Below are positions 24,201 through 37,700 of a stretch of DNA of 64,000 nucleotides, piece by piece. Within the stretch, counting starts at the first letter, position 1. Every line of letters begins with the position of its first letter. The position numbers and the translations under genes are program-made. The stretch spans positions 30,504,001 through 30,568,000 of the forward strand of contig CP158635.1 of assembly GCA_050273025.1 (NCBI GenBank). The letters are read 5' to 3'. The stretch comes from Cenococcum geophilum (Eukaryota). A model generated the notes under the pieces. That model made no database searches, was not told the DNA's origin, and worked only from the letters and a program-made list of their open reading frames with translations.

Positions 24201-26849
24201 TTCGGCGGTACTGTTTTAAGCTTATATATATGGCGCTGAAGGCTTAAATATAATCCCTTAAGTCTGTAGCCATTTAAGGGTTCCCCTTCTCCCTAGCTCG
24301 TTGTCTAATCTAATAGTGTTAACTTTAAGGTTATACCTTAGACGAATCCATTAGATGAAATCTTTAAGTACTTATAGTATCTCCTTTTCTTTGCTATGCG
24401 TTGTTATAAAATACGGGAAGGTTTTTCCTAAGAAGGTATTATAGATAAATATAACTTATATAAAACCAGTATGCGCTTCCTTAAGGTTAGTCTAGTTAAT
24501 ATGGAGGTTAAGATAAGGTTTATTAATATTCCGTTTTAAGAACCTTCTTAAGACCTAACGTTTAATTTTGGCGAGACTGCAATATTAATATTCCGTTATC
24601 TTTGGGCCTTAAAGCTTAACTCCTAAGGCGTTAAGACCTAAATAATAAAGGCTTATAGGTCCTGGATGACCTAGACGCAGATGCCATAGATATGCATCTC
24701 CTTTCGAATCTGGACGAGCGTCTCTTAATGATGCTCTACGCTTCTGTTGGCGTAGCAGTCAGCTTATATTAAACGCTAATAGACTTCCTAGTCGGGCATA
24801 TTTAATAGTCTATTATCTATAACGTTCTTCCATTTAATATAGGATTGTATTATCCTTCCAACTAGAAGATTATTGTCTCCTTTATTATCCTAGTAGTACC
24901 CTCGTTTTTAAAGTAGACGGAACAACATAAGGTTTGTATTAAAGTCCGTACAAAAGGTAATGTCCTTAAGACGTAGGATTCCCTTACTCTTGTCTGGTTT
25001 TATAACTTAGATAGTAACGTTGCTGTGGCCTGGTATAGGTACTTCTGAGCTGCCGGCAATAACGTATTTGTGTCTTAGAGCTTTCCTAAAGTTATAGAAA
25101 CAAAAGAGGTTATTAAAGATATAGAGAGTGGTTCCTAAGTTAAGAATAGTTAATAGCTTTAGCGGATAGAGTTAACTGGTGTAATACGATTCTAGGAATA
25201 TCGCATTAGCTTTTCCGTTAATCTTAACTGTCTCCTGGCTCTCGTCCTGTTATTATTAAGCCTTGTTTTCCTGTTCTTTAAGTCTAATCTTTATAACTTA
25301 GTTAATAAGATTCTTATTCTTTTCTACCTTCTTTAGTGCCCTATTAATGCGCGTATCTCCTATTATGACTCCTATAGGTCTCTTATCTTTAAATAAACAT
25401 TAATAGTCCTGTAGGGAGTGTCCTCGTATTCCGTACGCTAAGCACTTAGGCGTTAGCTTCTTATAGGACGTCTTCTTATCTACTAGTGTCCCGGCTCTCT
25501 TTAAGCGTCTATTATATGCTAAGGCTCTTCCTCTTTATAAACCTTTAGTAGTATTAGAGTGATCCTTAATAGCTTGCTCTACGAAGTCTGTATTAAAGGT
25601 ACTCCCTCTTATAGTAGTATTGGCTTTCTTTAAGGGTGTTCTAAGTCCTTCTTATAGCTCCTTTGCTACTCTGCGGTATTTGGAAGATCTTAACTTCTGC
25701 GGGTTATTTAACTTGGTAGTGTACTTTATATAGTAGGCGTTGCTAAAAGGTTAAATAACTTCTGCTAAATTTTAAAGCCAGATTCTATCGGACATTTAAG
25801 GGATCTTATACTTCTCTCCTAGTACCATTACGTGTTCCCATTAATCTAATTACTGATTTAATTTTAACAAGTGTTTAAACCCCTTAAGGGCTTCTATGTA
25901 CTGGTGCTGTACCTTCTTCCTAATAAATAATGAGGTAGGTTCTGTGTTCTCCTTTAATTGGGATAGCTATTCTTTAACTATTAAGGAAGGGTTAAGTAGT
26001 AGCTTCTTCTGAATTAATACTATAGTTGTGATCTAGGTGCGTATCTGTTGTAAATGCTCTTCCTATTTTAGGAAGTACTTTATATCCTAGTTATAGTATC
26101 GTCTGCTGTTCTCGTACGCTTTCTGTTGATTTGACGAGAGCTATGTATATAAGGTTGCATTCTCATTAAAATCTGTGACCTTTAGATAAGGTGGTTTTTT
26201 AAGTAGACCTTCTTAAGGTGCTTCTGTAGCTAGGTTAACGTAGGCCCAAATTTACTAATCTACGAGGGCTCGGAGTTGCTATAGCCATTACTCCCAGTCT
26301 TCTGGCTTATTAAGGATTATCGTAGTAGACGACCTTAACCTTAGTGAAGTTATTTGACTAATAGGCAGATGGGAATTGAGATAGAATTTATTGTTAGGAT
26401 CGTCCTCGTCATTAAAATCGTCCTTGTCGTCAGGATCGTCCTTATCATTAGGATCGTCCTATGACGATTAAGGTGGAATCTCGTGGAATCTCATGGAATC
26501 TTATGGAATCTCGTAGTATCTCGTCCTGTAACAATTAAGGTAGGATTTTAATTAGGGTCGTCTTGTGACAATAAGGTGTTAGAGTCTAACAATAAGGTAG
26601 AATTTCTTTAAATAATTAAGTAATAGCTAAATAGCTTCTTGTGTCGGCGGACCGGGCTTATAACTATTAGATAACTTATATAGAGCTATTTATTAATAAA
26701 ATAGGTTAATTGATTAATGATCTTAATTATATCTTTATTGTTAATTAACCTAGGGTCCCTGGGCTTAGACGAAGATATTTACAATATACGTGACCCGTAC
26801 ACGTGACCTGTGCACGTCCTACACTATAGAGAATATAGATTATCTAACA
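21213..26849 (-). mobile_element. Ty1/Copia LTR retrotransposon 'G', full length, inserted in B
   Basis: 185-bp LTRs 21213-21397 and 26665-26849; TSD GGAGG/GAAGG; PBS-like GTTAT(A/G)AGCCC; RT FFYVNDI ~22635-22655; RNase H end MIANRLTKALP (ORF 21453-21635); purine tract at 21398-21409. Confidence 0.93.
26396..26523. repeat. Leader tandem repeats of Copia G
   Basis: About four copies of an 18-bp unit (AGGATCGTCCTCGTCATT-like) followed by 4-5 copies of the 10-bp unit GTGGAATCTC. Confidence 0.8.
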
Positions 26850-27463
26850 GAAGGTCTTAATTACTCTAGTTTTAGTCTTAGCTATAACGCCCTTAGCTAT
26901 TATATGTGTAGTTATATATACGTATAGTAAATAACTTAGGGTTAGGTATCTTATTAGCTAACCTAAGTTAAGCGGGTATATATAGGGGACTTATAGTTCT
27001 AGTAGTATTAATTTTTTTTTAGGAAATAGGGCGGTAGTCTAGTCTTTTAAAATCTCTACTTAGTTTACTATATATATTAGCTTACTAGTATTAGGGACCT
27101 CTTTTACTACTAGCTAATAGTATCTAAGCGTTAGCTATGCGATGCGTCCGCGTAGTACTACTTAGTTATAGTTGGGAATATGCTATAAAAGATAGTTATA
27201 GGCATAGTAATTAGAGTTAAACTTAAGCTCTAAAGCGGGGAAGTTTGCCCTTAGGTTATACTTTTTAAGCTAGAGTATTTTAAGAATTACCAGTATAGAG
27301 GGTAATAACTTTATAACGTAGAAGAGTATAGATTCTATATAGTAGCTAATTGTTATTATTATTATAAAGTAGTAGGTAATAAATATAAATAGGAGTCTAT
27401 TAGTAAGGCGGAGTGGTTTTAAAACTAGAAGTCTTTTCGTTATAATATTATACTTTTTATAAG

Positions 27464-27629
27464 TGTCGGGAATGAGGCAAGCGGTCGTCACGTGACGCCG
27501 CGGCACTAGCGTGGCGAGGAGTCTTAAGCTCCTCGCCCTTCCTCATTCCAATTAATAAGCTTTATTAACCAACATCACTGTAACCTACTCGAGTAGTCGT
27601 TATTGGTGAGTTACCCTGTGTGACCAACA
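27464..27629. repeat. Solo LTR related to the GalEa-like LTR, opposite orientation, TSD ATAAG
   Basis: TGTCGGGAAT...GACCAACA; ATAAG at 27459-27463 and 27630-27634; shares the GGCGAGGAG...CTCCTCGCC hairpin and GTCACGTG with 8277-8458. Confidence 0.9.
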
Positions 27630-30600
27630 ATAAGCAAGTCTTTATCTATAAACGCTAGTACTATACTACTAGTGTTAATAAGGCTTACTATTTTAGTAGG
27701 GGCTTATGGAAGTAGGTTATATAGTAGGGAGAGGTAGGTCTAAATAAGGATGGTATTTCTATCGCTATTTACTATTTTAAGGTTAAGTAGTAGCTAGCTT
27801 AGAATAAGATTTAACTAATCTAGTAGCATAAATCTAATCCTTTTATCCTCCTCCTTATATAGTTCTAACCCTTAGAGGTAACTTAGTCTAAGGGTTGGCC
27901 TTTTAATAGCTAAATTATAGGGCTTAGCTGGTAGCTATAGTCTTAGCTAGTATATCCTAATATATTAGGTTCTAACGGTATATATATACTAGAGGGTACT
28001 TTACTAATAATATAGCTGGTCTTATAATTGGTAGTAGTATAAAGCACTTATCTATAGTTTGTGTATAGGACTATTAGCTAAGGCTATATTAGGGAAAGGA
28101 ATTATAAGGGTAGGTCTCTATATCTAAACCTATATCCTTATTTACGGTTACCGCCTTAATTACTATCCCCTCTATTAAAGAATCCGCTGTGGCTAGAAGG
28201 GGGTTAGCGCGGTAGTATTAAAAGGGGATTTGGGTTTTTTTAGGGGTTATAGGTATTTTTTTAGTAGCTAGGTTAACTATACGCTATATAGAGTTCGTTA
28301 TCTATATAATATCTTTAGATGTTATTAAGGAGACTATTACTACCACTGCCGAACTTAACGGCGTTAAAGTTTATTAGGTCATTCTATAGTAATATAAGTT
28401 AATAGCCGCTAGCGGTACTTAGCTTAGCGGTATTTAGCTTAGTATAGTAGGTATAGTTCTATAGGTTATAGGCGAATATATATATCTACTTACTCTAGCC
28501 TTTATAGTTAATATTACTAATCTTATAGCTAAGGGTAAAGGCTAGGTCCTTTATTTTAGAGAATTTTTTTAAAAGTAGATCTACTTTTTGTTTCTTAGTC
28601 TTATTTACTTTAATTATTAACTTATTAAGCTCTACTTTCTAGGACTAGTAGTTATACTTACCCTAGCTTAAGGTATCCAGATTATTTTTAGCTGCTTAGG
28701 TTATATCTATAGTTTTATAGTGCTTCCTTATATACACAAATATAGACTTTTAGTTAGAGAAGGTCTATTTGCTTAAGTTATTTGGGTATATATATAGCAT
28801 ATTAAGGCCATACTTAACATGGTTATAAGCCTTATCTATTAGTATATCTAATATATAGAGAACTTTATCTATTAGGGTTTTAAAGCACTTTATTTCCCAT
28901 ATTTTAAAAATTTCTTACTTTTTAGTTGGTGACCCCTTACTACTAAATGGGGTTAGATCTTTTGCTTTACGCTTTTTTCTATAGGGCTTAGTTAGAAAAG
29001 GAGAGCTAGTAGCGGTATTCTTATTAGTAATAGTCTAGGTAAGTATAGTAATCTAAAGGCTTAAACTTTATATAGTCTGAGTATTTATAAAGGCTTACTG
29101 TTTATATTGTTATATATATAGTTTAAGCGTCTTAAGGGAGTTAATTCTATACTAAGCTTCTTTAAGTTAGGACTTTATAGTTTAGCCTTTATTGTAGGCG
29201 GTTTAGAGACCACTCTTAACGCTAGTTAGAAAAGTTATATATATAAAGAAGTGCTAAAAGGTTCCTGCCATGTTAAGGTCCTTAGGGTACTCTAGGCTAC
29301 TTCTAATTGCCTAGGTAATATAGGTATAGAAGGTATTAAAAAGGCAGGTAAGTACTTTACGTATATTCGCTAACGGGGTATTATCTATATTATAGTCGCC
29401 TATTTTAAGGGGTCTGTATAAGGTAATTAAAGTCTATAAGGCTGGCTATAGTACTAAGATTGTTTATAACTATACTAGGGTTGTTTAGGACTTATAGTAT
29501 GGTATTATTAGTTACGCTAGGTCCCAATTATACTAGGAAAATAGAAATAATAGACTAGGAAAAAACAAAGGTTGTAATAGAACGTAATTAGGGATACTAT
29601 AAACTATTACGGTGCTATAATAAAGTAGACTAAATAACTACATTATGGTATAAAGAGGAGAAGAAGGTAGAAGGGGGTATTGTATATAAATAGTAGGGCC
29701 AGCCGCTAAGGCGCTAGTGGTGGGCTAGCTAATAGTAGGAAATAGTATAAGATAGTACAAGACAGTATAAAACAGTATGCGTTAGGTTAGTGCTATAACA
29801 CTTTAGATCCTTATTTATAGACAATTTAATTATATAGGCTTACGCGTCCCTCTCGCTATGCCTATACCTTAATTAATTAAGTCGCTAATATTATCTAAAG
29901 CTTAACTACCCTTTCTTTTTAAAAAGGAACTTAAATATATTTACGGACTATAAATAGGATAGGAATATAGAACAGGACGCTAGGATATATAATTAAAATA
30001 TAAACGGAATATAAATAGAACCCTAAAAATTAGATACGCATAAATTAAAAACCCTAAAGAAATTACCTGGAATTATCTAATATCCCTACCACTATATTAA
30101 GAAATATAGTAGCTGGCAAAGCAGCTATAGGACCTATAAATACCTTTGATAAAGAAATAATTAATATTTTAACCCACTAGGCGGAACTTACCGCAGCTAA
30201 TACTAAAATTAAACGGCTATAGGAACTGCTTAAAGCTAGAGATACCTCTATATTTAGCGATAACCTATTAGATAGGCTTACTATAGTCCTTAAGGCCCTA
30301 GCCTAATATATAGTATTATTATAATCCGTAAAGGTTACGGACCCCCTATTACTTACAAATGGAACTAACCCTATATTTAATAATTAAAAGCTTTAACTAT
30401 AAGATAAGCTTAAAGTTAATACGGACCACTTCCCTAGTATTTAAGCTAAAATGGCCTACGTTTTTGGCCGTACTAGTAGGGACGTATAGATATATTTACG
30501 TCCGTAATACGCCTAGGACTTAACAAACCTCTTCCTCTTTAGGGAAGAGATAATTAACTACCTATCTTCTATTTATAAGGACCTCTTTAAGGTATAAAAC

Positions 30601-33600
30601 GCCCGCTTTAATTATAAAAGTCTAAATATAAAAATAACGGAGACCTTTTCGGCCTTTTAGACCCATTTTTATACCTAGCTAGCTAAGCCTAAATTCCCTA
30701 TAAAGACCTAATATTAGACCTCTTTAATAAGCTTACCCTAGATATATAGCGCACTATACTACTAGTTTTTACTACTATATAGACGCTAAAGGTACTTACG
30801 AACTACTACCTAGCTATTAACTAAGGCTTCTATTAAATTAAGGTACGAGCTAAGCGGTATAAAGTTAGAAACTCTTTTAACCAGACTATAAACACTTTAA
30901 GAACGGCCTATAGTGCCCTAGTATAATTAGCAAACCCTATAATACTAGCTATATAGCCCGCTATTAACCTAGCAGTTAGTTACGCAGCTAGTTCTACTAT
31001 AGGCCTAGTGTATACTCGGCCTATATATAGTAACCCATATAAACAGGCCTTTAGTAATTAAGGAGCTTGCTTTCTATACGGCTAAAAGAACTACCTTACC
31101 AAGGACTACTAGATAAAGGTAAAAGCAGATAAGGTTTTATCAACCTAGGTGAATGGTATAAAGTTAAAAAAAGATAAACTTTAGAAAAAGACTCCTTTCT
31201 AGGGTTAAAAGGGATTAATATATTATATATTAATCTAGGTTAGCTAATTAGTAGAAAAAGCTATGCTATCTCTTATACTTTATTCTATAATAAATATTAA
31301 GTTTTAATCTCTGCTTTAGCTAACTCTAGAGTAAATACCTAGTAAGCTATAAAGCTGGCTAACTTTTTAAATGCGCCTTTTAAAGAACTACCTAAACCAA
31401 TTCCTATTTGCGGGTATAATAGATAAATAGGGCCACCTATTACGACTATCCTATAGATCTACCTCCGTATTAACGGACGAAGGTAATATAATATCCCCTT
31501 CCTTATTACGGACCTTAGAAGCTATAATATAATTTTAGGGAGAAAATAGCTAGCCTATTTAGGCTTATAACTAGATATATAGAATAAACGTCTTATTTAG
31601 CCTAAAATCCTACCCCTAACCCCTTCCTTTATAAAAGAAATTAGTATTATAATAAAGAACCTTATATGGCCTTAAATAAATATTATTTACTAAGCTAATG
31701 CTATATAAAGGGACTAGGCCTTCAAGAAAGATATATAGCGTAATTAGTAATGGATTTATATACTACGCCGCCCCTAGACTACCTATACCCCGCTACTTAT
31801 ACTAGAAACCTAAGGAGTTAGTAATAACCTAGTTAAGCCCTCTATAGGAAACTTAGGTTCTATATAGCTATAAAGAAAAGTAAGAAATACTAGATATTAT
31901 ACTAAACTAATAAACTAAAAGAATAACTTATAGAATATAGAATATAAGCTAAAGAAGATTATAAACTTTATACCGCAAAATATAGCCTAATAAAGGTCCG
32001 TAAAGAAACCTATAGACCTTCTACTAGTTAATATCTGCTATATTAGCGCTATACAATTTTACTAGAACTTAGTCTAACCTAATACCGTTACCTTTACTAC
32101 TAGCTTATATAAAATTAATTAAATAATTAAGGAAAAGGAAAGTAAGCTTAATAAATAAGAAAGTAAGTTTATAAATAAGGAGCTAGTGGAATAGAAACTA
32201 CCCTATTAATACTAGAAATCTAAGGACGTATTCTTTAAGGCAGCGTCTAATAGACTCCCGACCGTATAACTATAAGATTGGAATTAAGCTAGATAAGGAA
32301 AACACCCTTAGCTTTAGCCCCCTTTACTAGCAGTCTACTACTAAATTATAGGCTATAAAGTAGTACTTTATTAATAACCTAAATAAGGGCTTTATTAAGC
32401 CTAGCCAAGCCCCTTTTAACTCGCCTATTTTTTTTATTAAGAAGCTAAATAAAGGACTTCGTTTTTATATTAATTACTATAAGCTAAATAATATAACTCG
32501 TAAGGACCGCTATCTACTACCCTTACTTAATAAGATATTAGCCTAAATAAGTAGAGCTAAGGTTTTTATAAAGCTTAATATCCGCTAGGCCTTTTACTAA
32601 ATTAGAATAAACCCTAACTCTAAAGATCTTATTTTATTTTAAACCTATTATAGAATATATAAATATAAGGTACTTTTTTTTAAACTAACTAATGGACTGG
32701 CTACGTACTAGCGGTATATAAATAATATACTCTTTAACTACCTTAATAACTTCTATATAGCCTACTTAGATAATATTATAATCTACTTTAAAAATAAGCT
32801 AGAATATAAGGAGTATGTCTATAAAGTCCTTTAACGGCTCCGTAATGCTAGCCTTTAGGCCAATATTAAGAAATTAGAGTTTAGTATTAAACGTATAAAG
32901 TACTTAGGGTTTATTATTAGTATAAATAGGATAAAAACTAACTTAGAGAAAACGGCTATAATTACCTAGTGGGTACCTCTATAGACTATAAAGGGGGTAT
33001 AATTATTCTTAGGTTTCTATAACTTCTACTACCGCTTTATTAAGGACTACGGTAAGATTACTAGACCCCTTAACCTCCTTACCTAAAAAGACTAGCCCTT
33101 CTACTTTAACGCCGTATATAGGTAGGCCTTTAACGAGCTTAAGAGACGGCTAGTCTTGGCTTTACTACTTACCTACTTTAACCTAAAACAGCCCTTAATG
33201 CTAAAAACTAATGCCTTAGATAGTGTTATAGCTAGCATTTATTCTTAGAAGTAAATAGACGGAGAATAGCACCCTATTACCTACTATTTAAAAACCATGG
33301 TAAATATTAAGCTAAACTACCTAATTTATAATAAGGAAATATTGGCTATTATTTTTAGCTTTTAGTACTAGTAAGTATAGCTAAAAGGGACCCTTAAACC
33401 TATCTAGGTAGTTTTAGATTACTAGGCCTTAGAATATTTTATAATAATAAAGGCCCTTACAGCCCGGTAGGCGCGAGAGGCGGGTATTCTATCTTAGTTT
33501 AACTTCTTAATTATATATAGACTAGGCACTATAAACTATACAGACGCCCTTATAAGGCGTAAATAGAACCTAAATAACTAAATAGCTATAAAAATCTTAT

Positions 33601-34651
33601 TATAGACCTAGACGCTTCTATAACTAGAATATCTTAACCCTTAGATATAAATAAAACTAAGTATAGACTTTCTAGACGCTAAAATATATTCTATTAACCT
33701 TATAAAACTTAACCTTATTAATAAACGACTATAGATAAATTATACAGCCCTTTCTCTATAAGAGCACTATAAAAAGGCAAAGGATACTATTAGTCTATAT
33801 TCTCTTAAAACGGGCTGCTTAAATACTAGGTACGGCTAGTAGTGGTAGAGAAATAGAACTTACGGACTTAGCTTATCGCTAAAGCATATACCTAGGTCTT
33901 TATAGCCCATCCTAGGAAAAATAAGACCTATAAGATTATTAGTGACCGTTATTACTGGCCCGGAATAGTTATAGATATTAACTATTACGTATAGAACTGC
34001 GATAGTTACCATAGGTTTATAATTCCATAAGATAAGACCCTAGGACTATTTAAACCCCTCCTAATACCTAACCGCCCTTAGTAGTATATCTTTATAGACT
34101 TTTATAAGCTATCTATAGACCATAGTAAATATAATATAGTTATAATCCTAGTTAACCAATTTAGTAAACGCCCGTTCTTTATTCCCTATTATAAAAATAT
34201 TAATATAAAAGAGGTAGTCTAATTATATTTCTACTATATCTGCTAAATTTATAGACTACTAGATGCTATTATATCTAATTATAGGCTATAGTTTATATTA
34301 GCCTTTTAGAACAAGTTTACCTAGATTCTAAGTATTAGGCTAAAGCTTTTTATAGTATACTACCCTTAGATAGATAGTTAGACGGAGATTATAAACCAAT
34401 ACTTAGACTAGAGGCTCTAGCCCTTTATTAACTACTTTTAAGATAACTAGGCTAAACTACTACCCCTTATAAACTATACCTAAGCAACCCTACCCTATAA
34501 CTCTACTAAATTCGCCCTATTTAACTAGAAATGGACTACTTACCCTATATTAGCTTTAACTAAAAAAGACTAGAAGAACCCTAGACTATACACAAAAAAC
34601 TATTTTATAAGGAAGCCTAGTAGTACGCTAAGCGCTTAAAAGAAGCCTATA

Positions 34652-34701
34652 TAATAGCCTATAATAGCCTATAATAATAATAGCCTATAATAATAATAGC
34701 C

Positions 34702-34789
<88 letters not shown>
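34652..34789. repeat. Compound microsatellite: four TAGCCT-containing units, then ~28 TAA repeats
   Basis: Directly visible in the sequence. Confidence 0.95.
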
Positions 34790-37700
34790 TTTAATTACGC
34801 TATTGCGGTTCCCGTTAGGGTCTATATAGTGGTTCTATATAGGTATATATATATAAGAGGGGAACCATATAGTACTGGATAAAACCTCTCCTTCTACTAT
34901 TATATGGCCTATATAGCCTCTCTTCTAGTTAGTAACTACTAAGCATAAGTAGACGTCTTATTAAGGCGCTATAAAAAAGCCATCTTAATGCGTACTCCTA
35001 GGTCCATTCGGTAAGTATATAGTAGGGCCTAGGTTTCGTTCCTAGCTACTTTAGTCATCTAAATAGGGCGTAGGCCAGCGGCCTATAAGGCTTAATAGCT
35101 AGGATATATTTATATTATAGAGCTATAAGAGTTATATATAAAGTAGAGTTGCAAAGGCCCTCTTGCTAGGGCCCTCTACTATAGTTTTCCACTTTAACGC
35201 CCCCCAGACGCCTATCCGCTTCTATAGCAGCTAGCCGGCCAAAACTAGCTACTGCCTATATATACCTAATTTGCTCTATAAGCCTATCCTTATAGCTTAT
35301 CCCTACCTAAATAAACCGATATATATATCCGTCCTTTTAGGCTATATAGACAGTGTCGTTAATAAGGTGTTAATCCTTCCTCTAAAATAGGTCTACTAGG
35401 AGTTAAAGCCTAGTAAAGGGGTAAGGTTCCTAAAGTTGTCCGTCGCTGCCATTATATACCACGCCCCATAATCGTTGCCGGCTGCTTCACGTTACCTATA
35501 ACGCTCTCGCGACAATAGGCCGACCGTGTCTTGCAGGCGTGGGCCTATAATAACTTAACGCCGCGCAGCTATCGTCCCTTAGCCGCCTACTAACTAAACT
35601 TGTTATCCTCCTATTTTAACTAACACTTGTATCTAAGTCCGTTCTAGTCTACCTATATAGGTTCGTCCTAGCTCTTTCTTAGTCCGTTTTAGATTAACGT
35701 CGCCGCCTAGAGATAGGTTAACGCCGCTGCGTAGAAAGGGAGGATTAACGTCGCTAAATGTGGTTAACGGTGTTGAGATTCTTCCTGTACCCTCGCTGTT
35801 CTCCCCTAGTCTTAGAGCGGAACAAGTATAGAGGTGCCCTATCGTCCCCTTAGACCTATCGTTTCTGCCAGCAAATGCAGGCGCTGGCTTGTGGCCCTAG
35901 ATTGGTCGTCTAGGTAAAGAGACGTTGGGTAGTTCTTAAAACCATTCCTCTGTTCTTCTGTGGTGTTTTTCAAGTCTTGGCACGCCAAGACCCGCGAAAA
36001 CTCTGCTGTTCTAACGGCGTCAAGGACGACGCATTCGAAAGCGCCCTCTAGCCACAACGTAACGCCGCTGCATCAGTAACAGACGAGATCCTTACTCTCA
36101 GCTTGACCGTGCGGACAAAATGTTATTTTCACCCGATATTACATCACGTGACTCGGTTGTCGTTAACCTTTTATCTCAACCTCCTACTCAGATAGTTCAA
36201 TAACTTACTCTTCTATATACTTGACATACTGCAATTACGCTTGCCTTAACCTGCGCAGTCAATAGGTTATGAGCCCAGCTAGCTTAACGCAACTTACGCC
36301 TTTTCTATTATTAGTTTCAAGTTAAACACGCCCTCTAGCGTCCTTATACCTTAAGACTTAAATTAGCATAAAAACGCGTTTAAACCTCAACTCCTTTAAC
36401 GTATATTGCTTACTCCTTAGCTTTTATAAGCTTAAGCCTCGTTCTTACAAGCTACCAGCCTTATAAGCAACTTACCTTATAAGCTACCTTACGAGTTACC
36501 TCACAAGCTACCTTACGAGCTGTCTACCTTATAAGCTATCCGCTTTATAAGTCTTTAAGCTATAGGGCATCTAATACACCCTAAGAAAAGGCCTATCGAT
36601 TGTAATAACTTAAAGGACACTTATTAGTGGTTAACCAACACTAAATCGTAATGGCGCTAGGGCGCGTTACCTGCCGAACTCTGCCATATTCTGCGGACCC
36701 TAACTTATACTAACTAATTAGGATTTTCCATCCCCGGGATAAAAAATTGCTATTGGCTCGCTTACTACTAGTGCCTTAGCGACCCCTTTATATTTATATT
36801 AACTCCTAACAGCCCTCCTCTTCTTAGTGGTTAATTAGATAACGACTACACTAAGCCGGATAAGCTATAACTATTAGAAAGTCTTTATCCTTAAAAGAGG
36901 ATTATTACCACTTTATTCTTATCTCTTAACCTATATACTAGTTGTCTCTTTTACTATATTAAAAACTCCTACTAACGAGAAACGTCTTAGTATTGTCCTT
37001 AAAGGCTAAGACAACTACCTTTTATAGTCTACTAAAAAACGCTATAAGCTTTGTTTAAGAGCGCTCTAGAAGTATATTATAGGCGAAGTAACTACTTCAG
37101 CTAATAACGCCTCTTTAAAAGATAAAGAAAAGTATACTCTTAGGGAATCTTAAGCCTTCTAGTTAATATATAAATTAGTTAGCCTTAAACTCTAATTATA
37201 TATTAAAAACTAAACGGCGAAGTATACCTGGGAAATACTTAAGGGACTGTATACAAAAGTTGGCTAGGTCTCTTACCACCTCGGACTTAAGGCGCTTATT
37301 AACATATATTTAGGTAACTCCTATAAAGAATACTATACCAAATATAAAGCTGCTGTTAAATAGATAAAGCAACTTTCTAAGGAAATACCTTACTTAAATA
37401 TAATTTATACTAGGCCTATACAAAACGGGATAACGGATACTTAGATAACTAATATCTTCCTTTATAATTTAGGTAATTGCTATTAGAACTTCCGCGATAG
37501 TAAAATTACGCCTAGTTATAAAGAGGACACGCCTCCTACTTTTAATGATCTTATTACAGAACTCTTTAGCCTTAAACTTTATAAGGAAGCTTATTAACCA
37601 GTTAATAATAAGCCGTCTATAATATTATTAGGCGCTTAACTACTTCTAAATCGATTTTATATGGCACCTATTACTATACCTAATAGAAAATGGTATGACT

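Larger units (their letters stand above)
14891..29800 (-). mobile_element. Ty3/Gypsy chromovirus 'B' inserted inside the 5' LTR of A
   Basis: 196-bp LTRs 14891-15086 and 29605-29800; TSD CTTTA; purine tract next to the left LTR on the minus strand; RT/RNase H ~19400-20700; integrase ~15900-16700. Confidence 0.93.

Noticed and set aside
26396..26523. CRISPR-like array
   Set aside because: Contiguous tandem repeats without unique spacers, in a eukaryotic retrotransposon leader.
35839..36057. 72-aa ORF in element V as a CDS
   Set aside because: Non-ATG start, no recognisable domain, and no shown link to the conserved U/V frame.
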